Virus record (IMG/VR): IMGVR_UViG_3300023179_000042
Location: 1-64,000 of that record
Strand: one strand, 5' to 3'
DNA: 64,000 nt
Source: a virus
Made by a program: the position numbers and the translations under genes. The notes under the pieces were generated by a model. The model searched no databases. It was not told where the DNA came from and saw only the letters and a list, made by a program, of their open reading frames with translations. Of the stretch, positions 54,797 through 64,000 are shown piece by piece. Within the stretch, counting starts at the first letter, position 1; each line of letters starts with the position of its first letter.

Positions 54797-57115
54797 ATGT
54801 CTGGTTTTGAAAGAAGAAGAAAAGGTAAACTTGGGTCTCCTGGGCCCTTTTTAGCCGAGGTGACTAACCACTTAGATCCAACTTATATGGGCGGTCTAGA
54901 AGTTTCTTTAATTAAAGGCCTGCCTAACAAGGTAACACTTCAGGCAGATACCTACATTGTTCAATACCTTTCTCCTTTTTATGGAGCAACGTCTGCTAGA
55001 TTTGAAGGTACGAATGCTAGCGATTTTAACGATGTACAAAAAAGCTACGGTTTTTGGATGGTTCCACCTGATGTCGGAACTACAGTCATGGTAATCTTTA
55101 TCGACGGAGATCCTAACCAAGGATATTGGATAGGCTGCGTTGCTGATGTATTTCAGAATCATATGGTTCCTGGCATACCTGCTACAAATAGTTTAAGTAT
55201 GACCCAGGAGCAAAAACAAAAATATGGGAGCGAGTTTTTACCATCAGCTGAATTTTTAAAAGGTGTTGCTAGAGATATAATTGTAAGTGACAAAATTACT
55301 AAACCAGTTCACCCATTTGCTGATAGGTTATTGGCTCAAGGTTTAATACTGGATACGGTTCGAGGAGTAACTTCAAGTGGTGCTCGCAGAGAAGTTCCTA
55401 GTCAAGTATTCGGAATTAGCACACCGGGCCCGCTTGATACAAGTCCGAATGCTAAAAAAGGTAACATCGGTTATGGTGGCGATAAGTCGCAACAGTTTCC
55501 TGTTAGCAGACTGGGCGGCAGCACTTTTGTTATGGATGACGGAGATATTAATGGTCAAAACGAATTAGTGCGAATAAGGACTAGAACAGGGCATCAAATA
55601 CTTTTTCATAATAGTCAAGATCTAATATACATCGCTAACAGCAAAGGAACCGCTTGGATTGAATTAACTAGTAATGGCAAAATAGATATCTATGCTAAAG
55701 ATAGTGTTAGCATTCATACAGAAAATGATTTTAACTTTAGAGCAGATAGAGATATTAATATGGAAGCCGGCCGAAATATTAATATAAGAACTATAAAAGG
55801 TAATATGGAAACAAATATTACCGGCTACTATAATTTAATTATTGATGATTATGCTAAGATTGCTATTAAAAATAATAAAGATGAGACCATAGGGCAATCA
55901 TTAAAAATTAATGTTGGGCAAGATGCTAACCTACATGTTTCGTCAGATATTAAATTAACTACGGATGGAAATTTTAATGTATCAAGTGCTAAATCTAACA
56001 ATCTAACTGCCGGTGGAACTACAAATATTAAATCTGGCGGCGATCATATCGAAACAGCTTCTAATATACACATGAATGGCCCGGCCGCTGGCACGGCAAC
56101 AAAAGCCTCTGATGCTCAAGTTGCTCCTCTTTTACCTATATATTCATTGCCCAATAGATCGCCAACAGCAGGATGGATAAATGGCAACTTTTATAAAACA
56201 GATGATATCAAAAGCATCATGCAAAGAGTACCAACGCATGAACCATGGGAACAACATGAAAATGTTAACCCGCCGAGGTTTTCACCAGAAGCCACGGACG
56301 CCTCTCTTCAAAGCCGGGCCGAGTCTAGTATACCTCCTAATCCTAATTCCGGAATACAACAACCGGCTAATTCTGCCGAAGTGATTCCGGGAACATGTGA
56401 TCCAAAATATGCCAAGGATATTAACAATCCAGCAAGCCAATCTGGTATAAGTGCTTTAAAAGATGCCTGTGCTTCGTTAGGAATTACTTCTCCTATAGCC
56501 ATAGCTAGTATTTTAGGTATTGCTGGTGGAGAAAGTCGCTGGCGTGTAGTAACTGAAAACTTTAATTATAAACCGGATAGGTTATTACAGGTTTTTCCTA
56601 GTGTGTTTAAAGGTGATACTGCGCTAGCTCAAAAATATGCCGGTAACCCAAATAACAGCTTGCCAGAATTTTTATATGGATATCAGACAAGTAAAGGCCA
56701 AGGCCTTGGTAATACTCAACCTGGTGACGGAGCAAAGTATGTCGGTCGAGGTTTTATTCAATTAACTGGTCGTGGCAATTACACCAGATATAGTAAATTA
56801 CTCTATGATAAAGGTGTAATAGATACTGCTAGCTATCTAGTTGATTATCCTGATAAACTTAACGATCTAAGAATAGCTGCTTTGGCCAGTGTAATATATT
56901 TTATTGATCGGGTAAAAGTATCACAAACCGATCCTGGATATTTTGAGGCAGCTTGTCGTGCCGTAGGTTATAATACCCCCGATATCCATGCTACTAAAAA
57001 AGGATTTTATGAATGCTTTTTGGGCCAGTTAACAGGTGGTATTGTAAGTTCCGGGTCGGGCGGTATCGTAACAACCAGTGATGGTAAACCTGTAAAAACT
57101 GGGTCAGGTGGGTAA
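54797..57115 (+). CDS. gp5: Baseplate central spike gp5-like protein with a C-terminal GH19 (chitinase-like) peptidoglycan hydrolase
   Basis: OB-fold motif SYGFWMVPPDVGTTVMVIF...GYWIGC, RIRTRTGHQI and beta-helix repeats ending in IHMNGP. GH19 motifs are GES, ENFNY and GNTQPGDGAKYVGRGFIQLTGRGNY. Confidence 0.85.
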   Translation: MSGFERRRKGKLGSPGPFLAEVTNHLDPTYMGGLEVSLIKGLPNKVTLQADTYIVQYLSPFYGATSARFEGTNASDFNDVQKSYGFWMVPPDVGTTVMVIFIDGDPNQGYWIGCVADVFQNHMVPGIPATNSLSMTQEQKQKYGSEFLPSAEFLKGVARDIIVSDKITKPVHPFADRLLAQGLILDTVRGVTSSGARREVPSQVFGISTPGPLDTSPNAKKGNIGYGGDKSQQFPVSRLGGSTFVMDDGDINGQNELVRIRTRTGHQILFHNSQDLIYIANSKGTAWIELTSNGKIDIYAKDSVSIHTENDFNFRADRDINMEAGRNINIRTIKGNMETNITGYYNLIIDDYAKIAIKNNKDETIGQSLKINVGQDANLHVSSDIKLTTDGNFNVSSAKSNNLTAGGTTNIKSGGDHIETASNIHMNGPAAGTATKASDAQVAPLLPIYSLPNRSPTAGWINGNFYKTDDIKSIMQRVPTHEPWEQHENVNPPRFSPEATDASLQSRAESSIPPNPNSGIQQPANSAEVIPGTCDPKYAKDINNPASQSGISALKDACASLGITSPIAIASILGIAGGESRWRVVTENFNYKPDRLLQVFPSVFKGDTALAQKYAGNPNNSLPEFLYGYQTSKGQGLGNTQPGDGAKYVGRGFIQLTGRGNYTRYSKLLYDKGVIDTASYLVDYPDKLNDLRIAALASVIYFIDRVKVSQTDPGYFEAACRAVGYNTPDIHATKKGFYECFLGQLTGGIVSSGSGGIVTTSDGKPVKTGSGG

Positions 57116-57123
57116 AATAAATA
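57116..57123 (+). promoter_or_regulatory. T4-type late promoter variant (AATAAATA)
   Basis: Between the gp5 stop and the gp25 start. Confidence 0.5.
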
Positions 57124-57127
57124 CATT

Positions 57128-57562
57128 ATGCCATACAAGAATATTGAAATAGGAAACCCAAGTACCGTTCTACAACGAGCCCTTCAAACTTCTCAGTTTT
57201 ATAAAGGGTTTAGTTCGGCTCCAGATGTCCCAGGGTCAAAATTGTTTGATTTTGATCTGATCAAACAAGATTTGTTTAATCACTTCAATACACGCAAAGG
57301 CGAGAGAGTAATGAATCCAGCCTTTGGCACAATTATTTGGGATCTCCTTATGGAACCGATGACTGACGATGTAAGGAACGCCCTAAGAGATGATATTAGT
57401 AGAATTTGTAATAGTGACCCTAGAATCACTCCAATACAGATTAATATGATAGAACGAGAAAATGGTTATCTTCTTGAGTTAACTTTATTGTTGAATGGAA
57501 CAGATCAGTCTACACAACTTGTTTTAGCGTTTGATCAAAAAATTGGCCTTAGTATGCAATAA
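57128..57562 (+). CDS. gp25: Baseplate wedge subunit (gp25-like)
   Basis: IKQDLFNHFNTRKGERVMNPAFGTIIWDLLMEP...DPRI motif. Confidence 0.9.
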   Translation: MPYKNIEIGNPSTVLQRALQTSQFYKGFSSAPDVPGSKLFDFDLIKQDLFNHFNTRKGERVMNPAFGTIIWDLLMEPMTDDVRNALRDDISRICNSDPRITPIQINMIERENGYLLELTLLLNGTDQSTQLVLAFDQKIGLSMQ

Positions 57563-57582
57563 AATACCTACATTATTTTTCA

Positions 57583-57590
57583 AATAAATA
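57583..57590 (+). promoter_or_regulatory. T4-type late promoter variant (AATAAATA)
   Basis: Upstream of gp6. Confidence 0.55.
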
Positions 57591-57609
57591 TTGAAACCGA
57601 TAAACAATT

Positions 57610-60600
57610 ATGATTCCATCAACAAATAGCAAACTTTTAGTGGCCGAAGATTGGAAAAAGATCTATTCCAGCTATCGTAATGCTGACTTTAAAAGTTATG
57701 ATTTTGAAACAATTAGAAGAACTATGATACAATATCTTCGGGAAAATTATCCCGAAGACTTTAATGACTTCGTTGAAAGCAGCGAATATATTGCTCTAAT
57801 CGATCTTATTGCTTATCTTGGTCAAAATTTAAGTTTTAGAATTGATTTAAATGCTAGAGAAAATTTTCTAGAAACTGCTGAGCGTCGAGATAGCATTCTT
57901 CGATTGGCACAGCTTATAAGCTACAGCCCAAAAAGAAATTTACCAGCTTCGGGATTTTTAAAGATATCTGCTGTTTCAACAACAGACTCTGTAATTGATG
58001 CTAACAATATTAATTTGGCAAATACAACAATTTTGTGGAACGACCCTACCAATACTAATTGGTATAATCAGTTCAACAGCATTTTGAATAGTGCAATGCC
58101 TAGCACCTATGTATTTGGCAAGCCATTTGATAGATCCACTATTGAAGGTGTTTTAACAGAACAATATAGAATTAATAGTGCTAACACAGATGTACCAGTT
58201 TACAGTTTTGTAAAAAATATCAATGGTACAAGTATGAATTTTGAGCTTGTGAGTTCAACATTTTCTGGACAAAATTATGTCTACGAGGAAGCACCTCGCC
58301 CAGGAAATAGTTTTAGCATATTATATAGAAACGATAATCAAGGGTCTGGCAGTTCAAGGACTGGATTCTTTGTTCATTTTAGACAAGGTTCTCTTGGCAT
58401 GGCCTCGTTTTCAATTAACACGCCTGTGCCTAATGAAATTATTGGAATTAATACTCCGGGCATTAACAACAATGATGTGTGGTTATGGCAGCTATCATCA
58501 AATAAAAATTTTACAACACTTTGGTCTAAAACATCAAGTATTGTAGGAAACAATGTTGTTTACAACAGTTTATATAATAGTCAAAGAAATATCTATAGCG
58601 TTACATCACGAGACCAGGATCAGATTGATTTAAATTTTTCTGATGGAAGTTTTGGTAATTTACCTAAGGGCGATTTTAGATTAATGTATCGTGTAAGTAA
58701 CGGATTAACTTACACTATAAAGCCTGAACAGTTGTCAGGTATTACAATCGATATTCCTTATTATAATAAGTTAAATCAGCTGCACACATTATCGTTAACT
58801 TTAAATTTATACTATACGGTTACAAATAGTTCAGGAGCAGAAAGTAACGATGATATAAAGAGAAAAGCACCACAGGCATATTATCTTCAGAATAGAATGA
58901 TTACTGCTGAGGATTATAATATTGCCCCTTTAACTTTAGGTAATGATATTCTTAAAGTAAAAAGTGTGAACCGTGTATCGACGGGGATTAGTAAGTATTT
59001 TGACCTGACCGATGTTAGTGGAAAATACGGAAGTACAAATATTTTTGCCACAGACGGTGCCCTTTATAAAAATACCCATAGAGAATCTTTTGAGTTTGAA
59101 TTTGCAAATAGAAATGAAGTTTATTCGATAATAAAATCTCAACTTGAGCCAATATTAAAAGCTCAAAATATGAATTCATTTTATCTTGACAAATATCCAA
59201 GACCTGAATTAACTTATCTAAATGTTGCCTGGAAACAAGTTAACAATTTATCTGGATCTAGTAGAGGATATTTTTATAATACAATATCTGAAACTCCTCA
59301 GTCTGTAGCCGGATTTATAGATAATAACTTAACCTATGTTGCTCCTGGAGCCCTTGTAAAATTTATTACACCGTCAGGATATTTTTCAAAAGAAGGTGGC
59401 TTAGTTGCTAATCAATCGCAAACTTCAAAAAAATATATATGGTCTAAGGTCGTTCAAGTTATTGGTGATGGTAGTAATTCGGGGGTTGGAATGTTGGACG
59501 ATGGCACCGGCCCGATTATATTCAGTGATGTGATTCCGTCCGGAGCGATTCCTGTTGAGGTAATTCCTAAATTTAATAATATTTTTACATATAGCTTCGA
59601 AACTGAATTGGTTAACCTATGCTTGTCTCAGAAAAATTTTGGATTGTCTATAGATAGAACATCAAGGCAGTGGTATATAATAAGTGATACAAACTTAGAT
59701 GTAATTAATCCATTTAGTTTTAACTACCAAGGCGATACTACAAATGCTTCAAAGGATGGAAGCTGGCTCATAGCATTTACCTGGACAGGAAATAATTATA
59801 AGGTCATTTATAGACTAACCGATTATATTTTTGAAAGTCTACAACAAACTGGTTTTTATGTTGATCCAAATAATATAAGCTACGACTATGCTTCAGACAC
59901 AGTTATAAAAGACAAAATTTCTGTCCTGTCAATAAACACATCTGTGACCCCGACATCGGCAGTGAATACTTCGACATTTGGAAGTTTAGGCATAGACTAT
60001 AATTGGCAAATTGATTCTGATATTGTTGAACCCGACGGTTATGTTGAACCTAAAAAAGTAAAAGTTAGTTTTTATGATTACAACAATCTAGGTCAAATTT
60101 CAGATCCTGATACTTTTAATAATATTGTAGAACCAAATTCATTAAATTCAGAAACTGGATACAAAGATAAATTTGTTTATTTTTATAGACTTAACAACGG
60201 ACTTCGTTATGTTGTTACAAGTACAAATATTACAGCATATCCGAATGAGGACCTTGTTCAAGAGACTCCTGCTGATGGTGATTTATTTTATTTTTATGAC
60301 AGTGATAAAAATGTTGTAAAATATTATTCTACAAGTTCTTTAGCAAAAACAAATAATCCTTGGGTCTATACTCCAACGTATTTTGCCTATCCCGGAAGAA
60401 CAAATTTAAAGTTCCAATACATTCATAACAGCGGAGAAAACAGAAGAATTGATCCAGGCAAGAGTAATATTATGGACTTGTACATATTGACTTCTCAATA
60501 TGACAGTGACTTTAGATCGTGGCTAAATTCTGGTAGTGGTTCTGCTCCATTAGCCCCTACTAGTCAAAGCCTTGATCAAAATTTTGGCGATAGGCTTAAC

Positions 60601-61035
60601 TCTATTAAGGCTATCGGCGATGAAATTATTTTTCAGCCGGCCAAATATAAAATCTTGTTTGGTTCTAAAGCAAATGTAAATCTTAGAGCAACCTTTAAAG
60701 CAGTGAGAAACTCAACTATACCAACAAGCGATAATGATTTAAAAGTTAAAATTTTGTCTGCCATAAATGAATTTTTTAGTTTAGAAAATTGGGATTTTGG
60801 CCAAACATTTAATTTTTCTGAACTTTCGACCTATGTTATGAATTTGTTAACACCTCAGATCACTAATTTTGTTCTTGTTCCTAAAACAAATACATTTGGA
60901 AATTTATATGAAATTACCTGCTTATCAAATGAAATTTTTATAAGCGGTGCTACCGTGTCTGACATTGAAATCATTGACGCGATTACAGCTTCACAATTGG
61001 GCATAACAAGTGTTTTAACGAATACCGGAATTTAA
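57610..61035 (+). CDS. gp6: Baseplate wedge subunit (gp6-like), 1141 aa
   Basis: DFETIRRTMIQYLR...FNDF, ENFLETAERRDSILRLA...Y, FSDGSFGNLP and ESNDDIKRKAP...QNRMITAEDY motifs. Confidence 0.9.
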   Translation: MIPSTNSKLLVAEDWKKIYSSYRNADFKSYDFETIRRTMIQYLRENYPEDFNDFVESSEYIALIDLIAYLGQNLSFRIDLNARENFLETAERRDSILRLAQLISYSPKRNLPASGFLKISAVSTTDSVIDANNINLANTTILWNDPTNTNWYNQFNSILNSAMPSTYVFGKPFDRSTIEGVLTEQYRINSANTDVPVYSFVKNINGTSMNFELVSSTFSGQNYVYEEAPRPGNSFSILYRNDNQGSGSSRTGFFVHFRQGSLGMASFSINTPVPNEIIGINTPGINNNDVWLWQLSSNKNFTTLWSKTSSIVGNNVVYNSLYNSQRNIYSVTSRDQDQIDLNFSDGSFGNLPKGDFRLMYRVSNGLTYTIKPEQLSGITIDIPYYNKLNQLHTLSLTLNLYYTVTNSSGAESNDDIKRKAPQAYYLQNRMITAEDYNIAPLTLGNDILKVKSVNRVSTGISKYFDLTDVSGKYGSTNIFATDGALYKNTHRESFEFEFANRNEVYSIIKSQLEPILKAQNMNSFYLDKYPRPELTYLNVAWKQVNNLSGSSRGYFYNTISETPQSVAGFIDNNLTYVAPGALVKFITPSGYFSKEGGLVANQSQTSKKYIWSKVVQVIGDGSNSGVGMLDDGTGPIIFSDVIPSGAIPVEVIPKFNNIFTYSFETELVNLCLSQKNFGLSIDRTSRQWYIISDTNLDVINPFSFNYQGDTTNASKDGSWLIAFTWTGNNYKVIYRLTDYIFESLQQTGFYVDPNNISYDYASDTVIKDKISVLSINTSVTPTSAVNTSTFGSLGIDYNWQIDSDIVEPDGYVEPKKVKVSFYDYNNLGQISDPDTFNNIVEPNSLNSETGYKDKFVYFYRLNNGLRYVVTSTNITAYPNEDLVQETPADGDLFYFYDSDKNVVKYYSTSSLAKTNNPWVYTPTYFAYPGRTNLKFQYIHNSGENRRIDPGKSNIMDLYILTSQYDSDFRSWLNSGSGSAPLAPTSQSLDQNFGDRLNSIKAIGDEIIFQPAKYKILFGSKANVNLRATFKAVRNSTIPTSDNDLKVKILSAINEFFSLENWDFGQTFNFSELSTYVMNLLTPQITNFVLVPKTNTFGNLYEITCLSNEIFISGATVSDIEIIDAITASQLGITSVLTNTGI

Positions 61036-61036
61036 T

Positions 61037-64000
61037 ATGGCAAAAAATATAAAATCGGTAAATTTACTTCCTGAAACACACAGAACAGATAAAAATTCTA
61101 GATTTTTATCTAGTACCGTTGATCAACTTATACAAAAACCCGAACTAGAAAGAATAAATGGCTTTATTGGAACAAAAGACACACCGACCTACAATTCTTC
61201 TAATGACATTTATATTAGCGAAAGTACTCAAATCAGGCAGAATTATAATCTCGAGCCTGCCCTGGTAACATATAGTACTGCCGGTTCAGTGGTCAATGTT
61301 GTCGCCATAGATGATTTAACCAACGAAATAAATTTTAGAGGCGGTATCACAGATAATTTTGATAGGATTTATAAGCCAAAATACTATGCTTACGATCCAT
61401 TTGTTGACTGGGATAAGTTAGTAAATTTCCAAGAATATTTTTGGTTAGTTACCGGTCCCCAGACAATAGAAATAACCGGCAGACCTAAAAATACAACTAG
61501 CACATATACTGTTGAAGTTGAAAACAGTCAGTTTGTTTTTACACCTTCTGGCATGTCCGACTCAATTTTGACACTATATCGAGGTAATACCTATAATTTT
61601 GAAAACCTAACCGAACAAAATTTTTATGTAAAATTTACAGCCTCGCCTGGTAATACTGATTTATATCCAGTAAATGTGGTATCAAATGGAACCTCGACTG
61701 GAATTGTAAAATTAATTGTTGATGTTAATACTCCGTCTGTGCTGTATTGCGGTGGCAATGACAAAACATTACTTTGCAAAATTGTTGTTAAAGATTCGAG
61801 AGAAGATTCAACGATTGATATTGAAAAAGATATCTTAGGTAAAAAAAGCTATCTTTCGGGTAACGGAATAGCTCTTTCAAACGGCATGAAAATTAAATTT
61901 GGAGGAACGGTATTACCTGAGAAGTACAGAGATAATGAATATATTGTTGAAGGGGTCGGGGAGTTTATACGATTGGTTGACTATAAGGATCTAATTCCAC
62001 AGTCGGTAATTGCTTCAAACTTTGATGATAACTTTGATGCCAATCCTTTTGATGAGTATCCCTTTGATAATTTTAAAAATTTACCTATTAATCCCGAATA
62101 TCTCACCATTAATAGAGCCAGTAGGGATTTAAACCCTTGGTCAAGGTATAATAGATGGTTCCATAAAGATATTATAACAATCAGTGCTGAGTTTAATAAC
62201 ATGGAGCCAGAGTATCCTAGTAATCTGAGAGCTCAACGACCAATTATTGAATTTAAACCTAATCTTCAACTTTATAACTTTGGAAATATTGCTATTCCAA
62301 ATGTCGATCTTATTGATTTTGTTACCACTGATCCTCTAGGACAAAGAGAAAATACACGAGGATTGTTTGTTGACGGTCGTCGATTAAACGAAGGTATGAC
62401 TGTAATTTTTGCAGCTGCCAAAGATGACGATGTAAGAAATAAAGTTTTTAGAGCAACTTATTTTCAAAGAAGAAAAGCTCGCCGACTGAATTTAGAACCT
62501 ATCCAAGATGTAATTGAAAATAATTGTGTGAGTATTAATTATGGAACAAGAGCTGGCGGTAGATGCTACCACTATGATGGATCTAATTGGAAAAGTTCTC
62601 AAAATCATACCAGATTAAATCAAGCACCATTGTTTGATCTTTTTGATAAAGACGGAAAAAGTTATAGTGATAAAACTTATTACTATTCAAATTTTGCTGG
62701 TAACAGAGTTTTTAGTTACAAACGAGGGTCTGGCACCTCTGATTCTGTATTAGGTTTTCCTTTAAGTTATAGAAATTTAAATGGTGTAGGCAGTTATTTG
62801 TTTAGGAATTATTTTATGAATGATTCCTTTACATTATCATCTGGCGAATATGATACAACATCTACAAGTTTCTCTACCGCTATTACATTTTTAAAGAAAA
62901 ATGATGAAAAAGGCGACCAGTTAGTAAATGTTTGGAGAGATAAAGAAGATTATCAGATTCCGGTATATCAATTACAATCATATCTATCTGGAACATCTAC
63001 AGTTGAGATTAATTCAGTAAAGTTAAACAACAATATAAGTTTTGAAATTGAAGCCTATAACGATGAAAAAATAATTCCAAAGTCTGATTATAATATACTA
63101 TCATCTGGCACAAACTATACTGTAAATTTTAATAATACTGTTACATCAAATGTTCTGTTAAAAATTTTTACAGATGCTCCTATTGTAGGCAACGGTTATT
63201 ATGAAACACCGTTAAATTTAACAAATAATCCTCTTAACGGAAATATTACTGATTTAACCTTAAGTGAAATTAGCGATCATGTTGGTACTATGGTTAATAG
63301 AGATACTTCATGGTCGGGAATTTTTCCAGGCACAAGTAATCTTCGCGATTTGCCGGGTATAGCAAAGTACGGAACAAGGTTAATTTCTAATTATAATCCT
63401 ATTACTTTTGCTCAATTATTTTTAGGTAGTCCGTACTATAGTGTTGAAAGTGCTATAAAACAAACAGCCAAAGATTACGAAGAGTTTAAAAATAATTTTC
63501 TTACATTAGTTGCTACTCATCCTGATCAGAATTCTCCAGTTAGTGCTGTAGATACTATTCTTAAGAGTATGGTTGCCAATATAAGCAAAGGAAGTGCCTA
63601 TCATAATTCTGATATGATTCCGTTTGGATCTCATAGAGTTAGACAATTCACAGTGTTAAGCTCAAGAAGAACAGATTATCCAATTTCACTTGATTATAAC
63701 CCGTCTAAATTGAGTAACCAGGCAGTACTAGTATATATTAATGGAGTTCAGGGTTGGCTAGGCAGAGATTATATATTCTTAGATGATCAAAATGCCGTAC
63801 GAATTATTACGCCAATTGTCGCAAACGACACTATTGAAATTAGAGAATATACAGATACCTCGGGTTGTTATTGTCCACAAACGCCGTCAAAATTAGGTTT
63901 ATACCCAGCATTCCGCCCAAGAAAATATTTTGATGATTCGTATATTGATAGACCAAGAAATGTTATAATTGGACACGACGGTAGTAAGATGATTGCCTAT
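61037..64000 (+). CDS. Large baseplate/structural protein, truncated at the window end (>988 aa; not in the ORF track)
   Basis: ATG at 61037, one base after the gp6 stop, gives MAKNIKSVNLLPETHRTDKNSRFLSSTVDQLIQ. Contains DPFVDWDKLVNFQEYFW and NPWSRYNRWFH. It occupies the gp7-like position. Confidence 0.8.
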   Translation, partial: MAKNIKSVNLLPETHRTDKNSRFLSSTVDQLIQKPELERINGFIGTKDTPTYNSSNDIYISESTQIRQNYNLEPALVTYSTAGSVVNVVAIDDLTNEINFRGGITDNFDRIYKPKYYAYDPFVDWDKLVNFQEYFWLVTGPQTIEITGRPKNTTSTYTVEVENSQFVFTPSGMSDSILTLYRGNTYNFENLTEQNFYVKFTASPGNTDLYPVNVVSNGTSTGIVKLIVDVNTPSVLYCGGNDKTLLCKIVVKDSREDSTIDIEKDILGKKSYLSGNGIALSNGMKIKFGGTVLPEKYRDNEYIVEGVGEFIRLVDYKDLIPQSVIASNFDDNFDANPFDEYPFDNFKNLPINPEYLTINRASRDLNPWSRYNRWFHKDIITISAEFNNMEPEYPSNLRAQRPIIEFKPNLQLYNFGNIAIPNVDLIDFVTTDPLGQRENTRGLFVDGRRLNEGMTVIFAAAKDDDVRNKVFRATYFQRRKARRLNLEPIQDVIENNCVSINYGTRAGGRCYHYDGSNWKSSQNHTRLNQAPLFDLFDKDGKSYSDKTYYYSNFAGNRVFSYKRGSGTSDSVLGFPLSYRNLNGVGSYLFRNYFMNDSFTLSSGEYDTTSTSFSTAITFLKKNDEKGDQLVNVWRDKEDYQIPVYQLQSYLSGTSTVEINSVKLNNNISFEIEAYNDEKIIPKSDYNILSSGTNYTVNFNNTVTSNVLLKIFTDAPIVGNGYYETPLNLTNNPLNGNITDLTLSEISDHVGTMVNRDTSWSGIFPGTSNLRDLPGIAKYGTRLISNYNPITFAQLFLGSPYYSVESAIKQTAKDYEEFKNNFLTLVATHPDQNSPVSAVDTILKSMVANISKGSAYHNSDMIPFGSHRVRQFTVLSSRRTDYPISLDYNPSKLSNQAVLVYINGVQGWLGRDYIFLDDQNAVRIITPIVANDTIEIREYTDTSGCYCPQTPSKLGLYPAFRPRKYFDDSYIDRPRNVIIGHDGSKMIAY

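Noticed and set aside
4915-62202. Many 60-190 aa antisense or alternate-frame ORFs inside large genes (e.g. 8382-8825, 17374-17802, 35433-36011, 37916-38330, 40897-41265, 58277-58546)
   Set aside because: These are shadow ORFs caused by biased codon usage and low-complexity repeats. They have no SD or promoter support and no recognisable motifs.
1-64000. Alternative genetic code (stop-codon reassignment), as seen in some jumbo phages
   Set aside because: Conserved genes are full length and coding density is high under the standard code.

Overview
The window is the virion-morphogenesis region of a large T4-like myovirus. The capsid, portal and gp55 sequences look like those of Rak2-like or uncultured freshwater jumbo phages; this placement is from recall, not a search. 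The sequence is AT-rich, densely coding and reads in the standard code. Positions 1-33.4 kb (minus strand) hold a cluster of giant fibre and appendage genes. Positions 33.5-42.8 kb (minus) hold the head module (gp23, gp22, gp21, acidic core protein, gp20 portal) and a tape-measure-like gene. Next come gp26/gp51-like hub assembly genes (plus), then gp55 late sigma, gp47, gp46 and a GIY-YIG nuclease (minus), and finally the baseplate module (gp48/54-like, gp53, hub, gp5 with a GH19 lysin, gp25, gp6 and a truncated large protein; plus). A relaxed T4 late-promoter motif (NNTAAATA) precedes most structural genes. Three findings stand out. (1) A 3398-aa virion protein carries 15 alpha-helical repeats of about 150 aa that each keep the C-x-R-D chromophore motif and flanking helices of phycobiliproteins. 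(2) A highly structured, pseudoknotted non-coding RNA candidate of about 420 nt starts right at the stop codon of the GIY-YIG nuclease. (3) A probable programmed -1 frameshift fuses the gp26-like and gp51-like genes. No tRNA, rRNA, CRISPR array or transposase was seen.
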